DNA of 64,000 bases from contig JBBRXB010000003.1 in assembly GCA_038248915.1 (NCBI GenBank), positions 49,091 to 113,090 on the forward strand, given 5' to 3'. The notes beneath the pieces were generated by a model, which ran no database searches, had not been told where the DNA came from, and saw nothing but the letters and a program-made list of their open reading frames with translations. A program made the position numbers and the translations under genes. Positions 9,121 through 18,499 of the stretch are shown one piece after another. The first letter of the stretch is position 1. Each line of letters opens with the position of its first letter. This DNA comes from Candidatus Limnocylindrales bacterium (GTDB lineage: Bacteria > Chloroflexota > Limnocylindria > Limnocylindrales > CSP1-4).

Positions 9121-11430
9121 TCAGCCCTGGTCGCGGGTAGCGGCCCAGATCCGCCGCGGCGTCATCGGCATCTCGCGTAACCGCGGTCCACCCGCCGCGG
9201 CGATGGCGGACGCCACGGCGGCCCCGGCCGGGATGACCGACGCCTCCCCGATCCCCTTGGCCCCGAACGGCCCGTCCGGGGCCGGGACCTCGACCACCAG
9301 CGTGTCGATGTCCGGGACCTGGTCGGCGCGTGGCAGGGCGTAGTCGAGGAACGAGCCGCTCAGGAGCTGGCCCTCGCTATCGTGGATGAGCTCCTCGTGG
9401 AGCGCCCAGCCGATCCCCTGCGCGGCCGCGCCACGCATCTGGCCCTCGACGAGGGCGGGATTCAGGGCGCGCCCGACGTCCTGGGCGACGACGTAGCCGA
9501 GGACCTGGACGTCACCGGTCGCCGCATCCAGCCGGACATGGGCGATGTGCGCCGCGGTCGACGGCGCGAGACTGGCCTGGACGGTCGAGGCGTGCCCTTC
9601 CACCGGTGGGAACGTGGCGCTGAAGTCGTGCAGCTCTTCCGCGAACTCGGCGATCGGGCGGCCGCGACCGGGCGACCCGACCGGCCGGATGACGCCATCG
9701 ACGATCTCGAGGTCGGCCGGGTCGATCTCCATCTCGAGGGCGGCATAGGCCAGCATCTGGCGCCGCGCGTCGGCCGCCGCCTCGCGGATGGCCCGGCCCG
9801 ATGAGTACGTGATGACACTCCCGCCGCTGAGCGGCGACTGGGGCGCGCCGTCGGTGTCGAGGGCGACGACCTCGACCCGCGACGGGTCCACCCCGAACGT
9901 CTCCGCGGCGATGATCTGGAACGCGCCGGTCGTGCCGCTCATGTCCACGACGCCGGTCGTGATCGTGATCGAGCCGTCGGCGTTGAGCCGGCACAGCGCG
10001 GCGGCCGGCGCCTTGCCCCCCGGCCAGACGCCGAGGGCGATGCCGACGCCTTCGTCCGCCGGCAGGTCGTGGCGGCCCTGCCACAGCGGATGCGCCTTGG
10101 CTGCCTCGAGGACGGCGGCGTGGCCGAGACCCGGCCATGGCTCGCCGTCGACCATCTGATCGCCCTCGGCCGCGAGGTTGCGGGCACGGAAGTCGATCGG
10201 GTCGAGGTCCAACTGGCCGGCCAGCTCGTCGATGAGCGATTCGACGGCGAAGGCGGCCTGTGGCCCGCCGGGACCGCGATACGACCCCGTCCCGAACCGG
10301 TTGGTCCGGACACCGTAGGCCCGGACGTCGAACGCCGCCCAGCGGTACGGCCCACCGATGAGCACGGCCGCGATGCCCTCGATCGACCACTCGATGTAGG
10401 CACCGGTATCGAACACCAGGCGGGCGTCGAGCCCGGTCAGCTTGCCGTCCGCGTCGGCGCCGATCTTGATCTGGATGCGCGAGCCGGGCGCCGGGTTGGT
10501 GCCGGCGATGTCGTCGCGCCGGTCGAACGCGAGGCGGACCGGGCGCTTGAGGGCGAGCGCGGCCCCGGCCGCCAGCGGATCGACGATGAGGATCTTGGAC
10601 CCGAACGAACCGCCCAGCGGCGCGGATCGGACGCGGACCTTGGAGATCGGCCGGCCGAAGATCTTGGCCAGCTGCTTGCGGACATAGAAGATGCCCTGGG
10701 TCGCGGTCGACACGGTCAGGACGCCATCGGGCTCGAGCCAGGCGGTCGCGGCGTGCGGCTCGATGTAGCCCTGGTAGACCCAGTTCGTGAGGAACGTGGC
10801 CTCGGCCGTGACTGCCGAGCCGGCCAGCGCCGCGGCGCTGTCACCGAGCGTGTAGCGCTTGCGGTTGTGGACGTTGGCGGACAGATCCTCGTCGAGCAGC
10901 TCGGCGCCTTCGCCGCCGACCGCGGCATGGGCCGACTTCGCGGAGTTCTCCTCCGCATCCTCCGAGCCGGCCGGCAGGATCGATGTGATTCGAGCCAGCG
11001 GGCTCTCGGGACGCATCGCCGTCTCGAGATCGGTCACGACCGGCAGCCGCTCGGCATCGACGTAGACCTCCGCGACGGCGTCCGCGGCGGCGGACTCCGT
11101 CTCGGCCACGACCAGCGCGACGGGATGGCCCACGAACAGGGCTTCCTCGCGGGCCAGCGGCTCGAACATCCGCATGTCGTCGGCGGCGGCGATCGGCAGG
11201 TCTGCGGCGGTCAGGACCGCGACGACGCCGGGCATCGCCAGGGCGGCGGACGTGTCGATGCTCCGGATCCGGGCGTGGGCATAGACGCTCGGCACGATCC
11301 GGGCGTAGAGGAGGCCGGGCTGTCGCTGGTCGGCGGCATAGCGGGTGTTGCCGCGGACCTTGTCTTCCGAATCGACCCGCGCGCGGGCGACGCCGATGAA
11401 GCTCTTCGCGTCCGTTGCGTCGACCACCAT
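9121..11430 (-). CDS. Xanthine dehydrogenase/aldehyde oxidase family molybdopterin-binding subunit (CoxL/XdhA-like)
   Basis: 769 aa. N-terminal a/b-hammerhead region and the large Mo-binding domains. GGAGG RBS precedes the ATG at M8 of the ORF. Confidence 0.85.
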   Translation of the reverse strand: MVVDATDAKSFIGVARARVDSEDKVRGNTRYAADQRQPGLLYARIVPSVYAHARIRSIDTSAALAMPGVVAVLTAADLPIAAADDMRMFEPLAREEALFVGHPVALVVAETESAAADAVAEVYVDAERLPVVTDLETAMRPESPLARITSILPAGSEDAEENSAKSAHAAVGGEGAELLDEDLSANVHNRKRYTLGDSAAALAGSAVTAEATFLTNWVYQGYIEPHAATAWLEPDGVLTVSTATQGIFYVRKQLAKIFGRPISKVRVRSAPLGGSFGSKILIVDPLAAGAALALKRPVRLAFDRRDDIAGTNPAPGSRIQIKIGADADGKLTGLDARLVFDTGAYIEWSIEGIAAVLIGGPYRWAAFDVRAYGVRTNRFGTGSYRGPGGPQAAFAVESLIDELAGQLDLDPIDFRARNLAAEGDQMVDGEPWPGLGHAAVLEAAKAHPLWQGRHDLPADEGVGIALGVWPGGKAPAAALCRLNADGSITITTGVVDMSGTTGAFQIIAAETFGVDPSRVEVVALDTDGAPQSPLSGGSVITYSSGRAIREAAADARRQMLAYAALEMEIDPADLEIVDGVIRPVGSPGRGRPIAEFAEELHDFSATFPPVEGHASTVQASLAPSTAAHIAHVRLDAATGDVQVLGYVVAQDVGRALNPALVEGQMRGAAAQGIGWALHEELIHDSEGQLLSGSFLDYALPRADQVPDIDTLVVEVPAPDGPFGAKGIGEASVIPAGAAVASAIAAAGGPRLREMPMTPRRIWAATRDQG

Positions 11431-11473
11431 GTTCGCCTCCTGGGACGCCACGGGGACTTGCGGCGCCCGTGAG

Positions 11474-11485
11474 ATTGTCTACAAT
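11474..11485. promoter_or_regulatory. Operator ATTGTCTACAAT (site 2 of 6, 1 mismatch) in a divergent promoter region
   Basis: Lies between the XDH-family gene (-) and the AstE/AspA-like gene (+). TACAAT (plus strand) and GACAAT (minus strand) -10-like hexamers are formed by the operator halves. -35-like TTGCGG (plus) and TTGACC (minus, 11499-11504) are correctly spaced. Confidence 0.5.
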
Positions 11486-11531
11486 CCAACCTCGACCGGT
11501 CAAGGCTGGAGTCCGCGATGCCGACCCTTCC

Positions 11532-12494
11532 ATGGTGACCCATCCGAGGCGACGGCGAATCGCCATCTCACCCGGCGGTGACGACGGGTTCATGCTCATC
11601 GAACTGGGCGACGATGCGGCCGGACCGACCCTGTCGGTCGTCGGTGGCGTGCATGGCGACGAGTTCGAGGGTGTGGCGGCCTGCCTGGCGTTGGCCGACG
11701 GCCTGGCCGGGGCGACCATCCGCGGCCGGCTTCGCCTCGTGCCGGTCGCCCATGAGGGGGCCCACGTCGCCAGCCTGCGGTCGTCGCCGATCGACGGCCG
11801 GAACCTGGCCCGGACGTTCCCGGGCGACCCGACGGGCGAGCCGACCGAACGCCTGGCCGCCGCCCTCCGCGAGCAGGTCATCGAGGGCTCGGACGTCTTC
11901 GTCGACCTCCACAGCGCGGGAACCGCGTACGCCATGCCGTTGCTCGTCGGCTGGGGCGATGACGGGTGCGCGGTCTGTGCTCGCAGCGCCGCCGCGGCGG
12001 AGGCCTTCGCGGCCCCGGTCCTGTGGCGTCACGCCGGCCCGTTGCCGCCGGGACGCACGCTGTCGGCCGCGCACGACGCCGGCATCGCGTCGATCTACGC
12101 CGAGGCGTCGGGCGGCGGGACGGTCACTCGGTCGGAGGCGGCGATGTACGTGTCCGGCGTCCGTCGGCTGCTCGCGTCGCTCGGCATGCTCGAGCTCGAT
12201 CCGGCCGATCGCCTGCCGCCCGACCACGCGCCGCTGCGGCTGGTCGGTGAGGGCGATCTCGATGTGCCGGCCACGGTCGCCCCGTTCGACGGCCTGTGCG
12301 AGACCCTGGTGGGGCCACTCGACGTCGTGACCCGTGGCCAGGTCGTGGCCATCGTCACGGAGCCCCTGACCGGTGAGCGCGCCGAGGTCCGCTCGCTCGG
12401 CGACGGCATCGTCGTGCTTGCCCGGCGAGGTGCGCGGGTCGCCCGGGACGACAACCTCGTCGTGCTGGCCCAGCCCGAGGCGGGGGTCGCCTAG
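11532..12494 (+). CDS. Succinylglutamate desuccinylase/aspartoacylase (AstE/AspA, M14-like Zn hydrolase) family protein
   Basis: GGVHGDEFEG zinc-binding motif and overall family similarity. Start uncertain (11532 ATG or a few codons downstream). Confidence 0.7.
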   Translation: MVTHPRRRRIAISPGGDDGFMLIELGDDAAGPTLSVVGGVHGDEFEGVAACLALADGLAGATIRGRLRLVPVAHEGAHVASLRSSPIDGRNLARTFPGDPTGEPTERLAAALREQVIEGSDVFVDLHSAGTAYAMPLLVGWGDDGCAVCARSAAAAEAFAAPVLWRHAGPLPPGRTLSAAHDAGIASIYAEASGGGTVTRSEAAMYVSGVRRLLASLGMLELDPADRLPPDHAPLRLVGEGDLDVPATVAPFDGLCETLVGPLDVVTRGQVVAIVTEPLTGERAEVRSLGDGIVVLARRGARVARDDNLVVLAQPEAGVA

Positions 12495-12586
12495 CGCCCG
12501 ATGGCCCGACGACCCGGCGTCGTCTGCACCGCCCTCCGTCGCCCGATCACCCGTCGTCCCCCAGCCCTGCCGAGGTCAGCACCCCG

Positions 12587-13687
12587 ATGATCGCCATCCG
12601 CGAGACCGGTCTCGTCTATCGCAATCCGCGGCCCGAGCTCCGTTCGAGGCACACCTGGCACCCGACGGTCGTCCGCTTCGACGACGGCGAGTTACTGGTC
12701 ACCTTCGACATCGCCGAAGCGGACGTCTCGCTCGACTACCGGACCTATGCCACGCACTCGAGTGATGGCGGCGCGACGTGGACGACCCCGGAGCGCGTCG
12801 TACCCGATCCGCCCGGGCGGCCGACCACACAGTCGGTCCGGACCAACCTGATGTCGGATGGCTCGGTCGTGGCGATGGGCGCGCTGATGTACCGCGACGA
12901 TCCCGAGAAGAGTGTCGTCAATGTGCCCAGCCTCGGCTACACGGAGATGGAGCTGATCCTGACCCGCAGCCAGGACCGCGGCCACACCTGGAGCCCGATC
13001 GAGCGGATCGACCCGCCGCTCAAGGGACCCGCGTTCGAGGTCTGCCATTCGATCACCGAGCTGCGTGACGGGCGCTGGGTCTGGCCGTGCTCGACGTGGA
13101 TGGGCTGGGACGGCGACGCGCCGAACGGGATGAACGCGATCCTGCTGGTGTCCGAGGACCAGGGCCGGTCCTGGTCGTCTGCCATCACCGAGTTCGACCG
13201 CTGGGCCGAGCACATCATCCACTGGGAGCAGCATTTCCTCGAGCTGCGCGACGGGCGCTGGCTGACCGTGGCCTGGGTCGTCAACCTCGACACGGGCAAG
13301 ACGCTGGCCACGCCGTACGCCATCAGCCGCGATGGCGGGGCGACCTGGAAGCGCGACCTGACCGGCTTCCTGGCCCAGACGACGAAGACCATCGAGCTGC
13401 CCGATGGGCGGATCCTGGCGGTCTACCGGCGCAACGACGAGCCGGGGCTGTGGGCGACGGCTGCGCGGGTCGATGGCGACACCTGGGTCAACGAGGAGAC
13501 CGTCCCGCTGTGGCGCGGTCAATCGTCGGGGATGACCGGCGACACCAACCCGGGCGAGGAGCTGGCCCAGCTCAAGTTCGGCTTCCCGCAGATGGTCCTG
13601 GAGCCCGACGGGGCGGTCTTCCTCGTGTTCTGGGGCGAGGAGGACTGCGTCAAGAACATCCGCTGGTTCCGGATCGACGTGGGCTAG
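12587..13687 (+). CDS. BNR/Asp-box repeat protein, sialidase (exo-alpha-sialidase)-like beta-propeller, no signal peptide
   Basis: Four Asp-box motifs SxDxGxTW (SSDGGATW, SQDRGHTW, SEDQGRSW, SRDGGATW). Confidence 0.7.
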   Translation: MIAIRETGLVYRNPRPELRSRHTWHPTVVRFDDGELLVTFDIAEADVSLDYRTYATHSSDGGATWTTPERVVPDPPGRPTTQSVRTNLMSDGSVVAMGALMYRDDPEKSVVNVPSLGYTEMELILTRSQDRGHTWSPIERIDPPLKGPAFEVCHSITELRDGRWVWPCSTWMGWDGDAPNGMNAILLVSEDQGRSWSSAITEFDRWAEHIIHWEQHFLELRDGRWLTVAWVVNLDTGKTLATPYAISRDGGATWKRDLTGFLAQTTKTIELPDGRILAVYRRNDEPGLWATAARVDGDTWVNEETVPLWRGQSSGMTGDTNPGEELAQLKFGFPQMVLEPDGAVFLVFWGEEDCVKNIRWFRIDVG

Positions 13688-14247
13688 GCCTGGTACGAGT
13701 AGGGGCGCTCGAAGACCTGCCGGATCTGGGGCATGAATGCCTCGACCGGCAGGGCGTCGTAGGCCGGATCGAACGACGGGGCGTCGTAGTCACGGCAGAA
13801 GCGCCGGGTCAGCTCGAAGGCGGGATGGTCACGGTACGGGTCGAGCATCGCGTCGAGGACGCCGCTGCCCCAGTACGCGTGGTGGGTGAAGTTCTCCTTC
13901 TGGAAGAGGCCGTGCATCCGGACCATCCAGTAGTGGTCGTCGGACACGAACGGGCGCAGCATCTCGGCCGCGATCTGGCCGTGGTTGGCGGGCGCCAGCC
14001 GGTCGGCCACGTCGTGGAACAGGATGCACACGATCATCTCCGGCGTCTCACCGGCATGGAGCGCGCGCGTCGCCGCCTGGCGGCTGTGGTCGTACGGATT
14101 GAGCGTGTAGCCCGCGGGGTCGCCGCCGTTGAGCGACTCGAGCAGGGCCAGCGGTGCCTCGGCGTAATCCGTCCGCGCCTCGTCGAGCGCATCGATGCGG
14201 TCCCAGTCCTCCCGCGTCGCGTCATGCAGGTTGGTGAACGTCATCAT
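13684..14247 (-). CDS. HD-domain metal-dependent phosphohydrolase/oxygenase-like protein
   Basis: H...H/HD...D pattern (HSRQAATRALH ... ILFHDVAD). ATGATG start with GGAGGAGG RBS, 10 nt after the upstream stop. Confidence 0.55.
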   Translation of the reverse strand: MMTFTNLHDATREDWDRIDALDEARTDYAEAPLALLESLNGGDPAGYTLNPYDHSRQAATRALHAGETPEMIVCILFHDVADRLAPANHGQIAAEMLRPFVSDDHYWMVRMHGLFQKENFTHHAYWGSGVLDAMLDPYRDHPAFELTRRFCRDYDAPSFDPAYDALPVEAFMPQIRQVFERPYSYQA

Positions 14248-14257
14248 CGTCCTCCTC

Positions 14258-15088
14258 CTAGTGGTGCGGACCGGTCGTGCCCGCCACCGCGGCCACCGCG
14301 GGCTCGATGCCGAGGATCTCGCCCAGGGCCGCGCCGTGCTCGGCCCACCAGGCGTACAGGATCTGCATGTCCGTGCCGAGACAGAAGTGGCGCACGCCGA
14401 GGTCAAGATACCGCTGCGCATCGGCCGGGTCGTTGATCTCGGCACGGGGCTGGACGCCCGCGGCGAGCGCCCGGGTCAGGACGTCGCGCTCGACTTCGCG
14501 GACGTCCGGATCGAACCAGCCGCCGGGCCGCCCGATGCTCATCGCATAGTCGGCCGGGCCCCACTGGATCATGTCGATGCCGGGCACGGCCAGGATCTCG
14601 TCGAGCTCCTCGACCGCCTGCGCCTTCTCGATCATCAGCACGACCACGATCTCTTCGAGCGCGGTGATGTAGTCGGCTCCGGCCGCCTGGTTCCAGTAGC
14701 TCATCCGTCGGTCGGCCGCGCCGTACGTGCCGCCGCCGGTCGGCGTGTCCGGGCGGACCGTGCGCACGCAGGCCCGGGCGTCGGCGGCGGTCCGCACGTC
14801 CGCGAACAGCACCGACTGGAATCCGGCCCCGACCGCCCGCTGGGCGAGCCACGTCCGCGGCTCCTGGTCGAGCTTGATCATCGTGCCGAGCCCGTGGAGC
14901 TCGGCCGCGCGGCAGAAGTCGTCGAGGGCGTGCAGGTCGTACGGCGCGTACTCGCCGGAGAACTCGACGTAGTCGTAGCGGCCGGTGTGGCCGACGACCT
15001 CGACGATCGTCGGCCAGGTGGCATGGACGTGGGTCCCGATCGACGGGCGACCCTCGGTCAGCCGCTGCCGAAGGCGATTCGGACGCAC
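14258..15088 (-). CDS. HpcH/HpaI family 2-keto-3-deoxy-acid aldolase
   Basis: Family-level similarity (TIM-barrel aldolase, 276 aa). GTG start 2 nt after the upstream Gfo stop. Confidence 0.8.
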   Translation of the reverse strand: MRPNRLRQRLTEGRPSIGTHVHATWPTIVEVVGHTGRYDYVEFSGEYAPYDLHALDDFCRAAELHGLGTMIKLDQEPRTWLAQRAVGAGFQSVLFADVRTAADARACVRTVRPDTPTGGGTYGAADRRMSYWNQAAGADYITALEEIVVVLMIEKAQAVEELDEILAVPGIDMIQWGPADYAMSIGRPGGWFDPDVREVERDVLTRALAAGVQPRAEINDPADAQRYLDLGVRHFCLGTDMQILYAWWAEHGAALGEILGIEPAVAAVAGTTGPHH

Positions 15089-15090
15089 GG

Positions 15091-16128
15091 TCAGGATGCG
15101 CGGCCGGACAGCGAGAGCCGCACGCTCTGCCCGGTCGCCGCGGAACGCTCAGCGGCTTCCAGCCACGACGTCGTGTTGGCGCCCTGGCGACCGCTGACCT
15201 GCGGATCGCGACCCCCGGCGATGGCTGCCATCAGGTCGCGCAGCTGCGTGGCATACGCCTGGAGCCGGATCGAATCCTCGGCGTCGAGCGGGTCGAACGG
15301 CGGCTGCTCGAAGATGGTCTCCCAATCCCCGACCGGGGTCGCCAGCCGGACGGTGCCGTACGCATCGAGCTCGATGATCCCGTCCGAACCCGCGATCAGC
15401 AGCTGCATCGCCGAGCCGAGGGTCGGTGGCGGCAGCTCGTAGGTCAGCCAGATCTGGACCAGCACGCCATCGTCGAGCGTGTAGGTCGCCATCGAGCTCT
15501 GGTCTTCGGGCGGGATGTCCGTGTAGCTGGCGAACTGGGCGAACGCGAGGGTCGCCTCGGACCCCGTGAGCCAGCGGATGATGTCGCAGGCATGGGCACC
15601 CCAGTCCATGTAGGGCGAGACCTGGGCGCGCTGCGAGTTCCACGAGTCGGGCGGGATGTCCCAGCCGGCATTGGGGCCGAAGACGCGGATCATCCGGATC
15701 GTGCCGATCCGTCCGGCGTCGATCGCGGCCTTGGCCGCCATCGGGGCGCCGCGGTACCGGTGCTGGGAGCAGATCGCCAGGCGGACATCGGCGGCGTCGG
15801 CGGCGGCGACCATGGCGTCGGCGTCGGCCCTGGTATTGGTCATCGGCTTTTCGACCAGGACATGCTTGCCGGCCCGGGCGGCCGCCTCGGCCAGTGGCCG
15901 GTGGGTCGGGACCGGGGTGGCGACGACCACCGCGTCGATGTCGGGGCGCGCCAGCAGGGCTTCCTGGTCCAGCGCCTCTACGCCGAACGTCACGGCCAGC
16001 TCCCCGGCGCGGCGCCCGCCGCTGATCGCGACGAGCGTCGCCTCCGGCACATGGCGGGCGATGACTCGGGCCCAGGTCTCGCCCATGAACCCGGACCCGA
16101 ACACGCCGAACCGAACGGGCTCGGCCAT
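15091..16128 (-). CDS. Gfo/Idh/MocA family oxidoreductase
   Basis: VRFGVFGSGFMG Rossmann motif and EKPM motif. Confidence 0.85.
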   Translation of the reverse strand: MAEPVRFGVFGSGFMGETWARVIARHVPEATLVAISGGRRAGELAVTFGVEALDQEALLARPDIDAVVVATPVPTHRPLAEAAARAGKHVLVEKPMTNTRADADAMVAAADAADVRLAICSQHRYRGAPMAAKAAIDAGRIGTIRMIRVFGPNAGWDIPPDSWNSQRAQVSPYMDWGAHACDIIRWLTGSEATLAFAQFASYTDIPPEDQSSMATYTLDDGVLVQIWLTYELPPPTLGSAMQLLIAGSDGIIELDAYGTVRLATPVGDWETIFEQPPFDPLDAEDSIRLQAYATQLRDLMAAIAGGRDPQVSGRQGANTTSWLEAAERSAATGQSVRLSLSGRAS

Positions 16129-16131
16129 CGG

Positions 16132-17058
16132 TCAGCTCCTGCCGTTCGCGGCCACGACCGGGGTCACGAGCGTGCCCAGATCACCGACCGTGCCGTACAT
16201 GACGTCGCCTTCCTTGAGATAGGTGCCGGCCGCATCGCCGGTCCCGTCGAGGGTCCCGCCGGCGATGACATCGCCCGGCTCGAGGGTCATCCAGCGCGAC
16301 GCGAACGCGATGATCTCCTCCGGGCTGAAGATCATGTCCGCGGTCGAGCCGTGCTGCCAGGTCTTGTCGTTGACCTTGAGCGTCATCTCGAGGTCGTTCG
16401 GATCGGGCGACACCGAGTCGGTCGTGGTGATGTACGGGCCCCAGGCCGCGAAGCCGTCGCCCCACTTGCCGTTGAGCCAATCGAAGAAGTCGTCGAACCC
16501 GCCGGGGTTACGGCCTTCGACGCCCCACTGCATGGAGCGGGCGGAGATGTCGTTGATGACCGAGTAGCCGGCGATGTGGTCGCGGGCCTTGGCGAGCGGG
16601 ATGTCCCGCCCGGCCGTACCGACGACGATGGCGAGCTCGAGCTCCCAGTCGAGGGCGTTCGAAACGGTCGGCAGGGCGACCGCCTCGCCCGGGCCGATGA
16701 TCGCGGACGAGGGCTTGATGAACAGCTTCGGGACGATCACCGTCTTGTCGACCCGCTGTCCCCCGCCCTCCTCGATATGAGCCTGGAAGTTGCCGGCCAC
16801 CGCCAGGAGCTTGCCCGGCCGGCGGATGGGCGCGAGCAGTTCGACCGAGTCGAGCGCCTGGCCACCGCCGGCATCGGCCGCTGCACGGGCCGCGTCGAGG
16901 GCGGCCGGTCCGGCCTGGAGCAGGCCGAGCAGATCGCCGCTCGGGACACGACCGCCGCTGGCCTCGGCGAGGTCGACGATCCGTTCGCTGCCGGCGTCGC
17001 CGATGACTGCCCCGGCTCGGGGGTCGCCATCGGGACCGCGGAAGGTGGCAAGACGCAT
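16132..17058 (-). CDS. Fumarylacetoacetate hydrolase (FAH) family protein, likely 2-keto-3-deoxy-acid dehydratase/hydratase
   Basis: FAH-domain similarity (LAVAGNFQAHIEE..., IVGPGEAVALP). Confidence 0.85.
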   Translation of the reverse strand: MRLATFRGPDGDPRAGAVIGDAGSERIVDLAEASGGRVPSGDLLGLLQAGPAALDAARAAADAGGGQALDSVELLAPIRRPGKLLAVAGNFQAHIEEGGGQRVDKTVIVPKLFIKPSSAIIGPGEAVALPTVSNALDWELELAIVVGTAGRDIPLAKARDHIAGYSVINDISARSMQWGVEGRNPGGFDDFFDWLNGKWGDGFAAWGPYITTTDSVSPDPNDLEMTLKVNDKTWQHGSTADMIFSPEEIIAFASRWMTLEPGDVIAGGTLDGTGDAAGTYLKEGDVMYGTVGDLGTLVTPVVAANGRS

Positions 17059-17086
17059 GGTGATCCTCCTCGGATGTGGTCGGCGG

Positions 17087-18184
17087 CTAGCGCGCCGGAG
17101 CGTTGACGGGGGCGGCCAGCTCCTCGAGCTGGACCTTGATGTTGCCGCGGGCCTGGGACATCAGGACCGCCTGGATGAGCGCGACGGTCGTGCGGGCGGA
17201 CTCGGGCGGGCTGGCCGGTCGGCGACCCGTGTCGAGCGAATCGATGACGTCCTGGAGCCCGGCCTGCATGCCCGCCCGGGTGAACCGCGGGTGGATCGGC
17301 CGGACGGTCGTGACGCCCGGCTTGGTCCGGATGTCCTCGTGGAAGACAGAGTGGAGGCGGATGCCCTCGAGATCGACCACGATCCGGCCCTCCTTGCCGG
17401 TCAGGGTGACCCCGGTGTCCAGACCGACTGTGTCCTTGAACCCGGTCAGATACGCGCGCACACCGTTGGCATAGGCGATGTAGTAGTTCCCGCCCGGCTC
17501 CGTCGCCGGGTCGTTGCCGCCGTCGCCCGCGTAGGCGATGCCGTAGTCCTCGAACCCGGGCTCGAGCTCGGACCAGACCCACAGCGGCTCGGAGTCGGCG
17601 AGGAAGCCGACGAGGTCGATGGCGTGGGTGTGGTTGCGAAACAGCATCGAGCGCGGGCCGCCCATCTCGACGACGATCTGCGACAGCCGGCCGATCTCGC
17701 CGCTGCGAACCATCCGGCGCGCCTCGACGAACTCGGGAAACCAGCGACGGGTGTAGTTGACGTTCATCGTCACGTCCGCGCCACGGACCGCGTTGACGAT
17801 CGCATCGGCGTCCTCGAGCGTGGTCGCGATCGGTTTCTCGCAAAAGATGCCGCGCGCGCCAGCCTCGATGGCGACCTCCACGACGCCCCGGTGCAGATGA
17901 TCCGGGGTGACCACCGCCACGAACTCCGGGCGCTCCGTCCGGAGCATCTCGCCGTAATCCTCGTAGACCTTGAGGTTCGGGTAGCGACTCGACCAGCGCT
18001 CGCGGAACGTGTCGCGCGCTGTGGCCGAGATGTCGCAGCCCGCCACCAGGTCGAGCTCCGGGATGGCCGCGATCGCCGAGGCGTGGCTGTACGGGGTCGC
18101 CGTCCCGAGCGTCGGGTCCGAGGCGGTGGCTGGCAGGTCCGAGGAGATCCAGCTGAGCCCGACGAGGGCGATCCGACGGCTCAT
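17087..18184 (-). CDS. Gfo/Idh/MocA family oxidoreductase
   Basis: RIALVGLSWIS...EKP motif; 365 aa. Confidence 0.8.
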   Translation of the reverse strand: MSRRIALVGLSWISSDLPATASDPTLGTATPYSHASAIAAIPELDLVAGCDISATARDTFRERWSSRYPNLKVYEDYGEMLRTERPEFVAVVTPDHLHRGVVEVAIEAGARGIFCEKPIATTLEDADAIVNAVRGADVTMNVNYTRRWFPEFVEARRMVRSGEIGRLSQIVVEMGGPRSMLFRNHTHAIDLVGFLADSEPLWVWSELEPGFEDYGIAYAGDGGNDPATEPGGNYYIAYANGVRAYLTGFKDTVGLDTGVTLTGKEGRIVVDLEGIRLHSVFHEDIRTKPGVTTVRPIHPRFTRAGMQAGLQDVIDSLDTGRRPASPPESARTTVALIQAVLMSQARGNIKVQLEELAAPVNAPAR

Positions 18185-18332
18185 CGGACGGACTGTCCCG
18201 TATACCGGGACACCATGGGCGCTGATCCTACCCTCACCAGCTGACCTCCGACACGCGTGGCCTCCCTCGATCCCGCCCGGCCAGGTCGTGCGACGGAGCC
18301 CGACTTCGTTGACCCGTAGTGGCGTACAGGTT

Positions 18333-18362
18333 TAGTATGACAGCCGACAAACAGTATGACTT
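18333..18362. promoter_or_regulatory. Direct repeats AGTATGAC x2 plus a flanking inverted repeat (CCGACAA / TTGTCGG) in the divergent promoter region upstream of the XRE-cupin regulator
   Basis: Seen directly. They are preceded by -35-like TTGACC and a TTAGTA/TAGTAT -10-like element. Confidence 0.3.
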
Positions 18363-18499
18363 CACCGACACGTTGTCGGAAACCGAATCGATGCCGCCCC
18401 CGACTCCCAGCCACGGAGCGTCATGAAGACTCTTTCCGATGTGCGGACTCGACGTCACAGCATCGACGTGGACGCCTCGGCTGTCGGAAGGCGTGCCGC

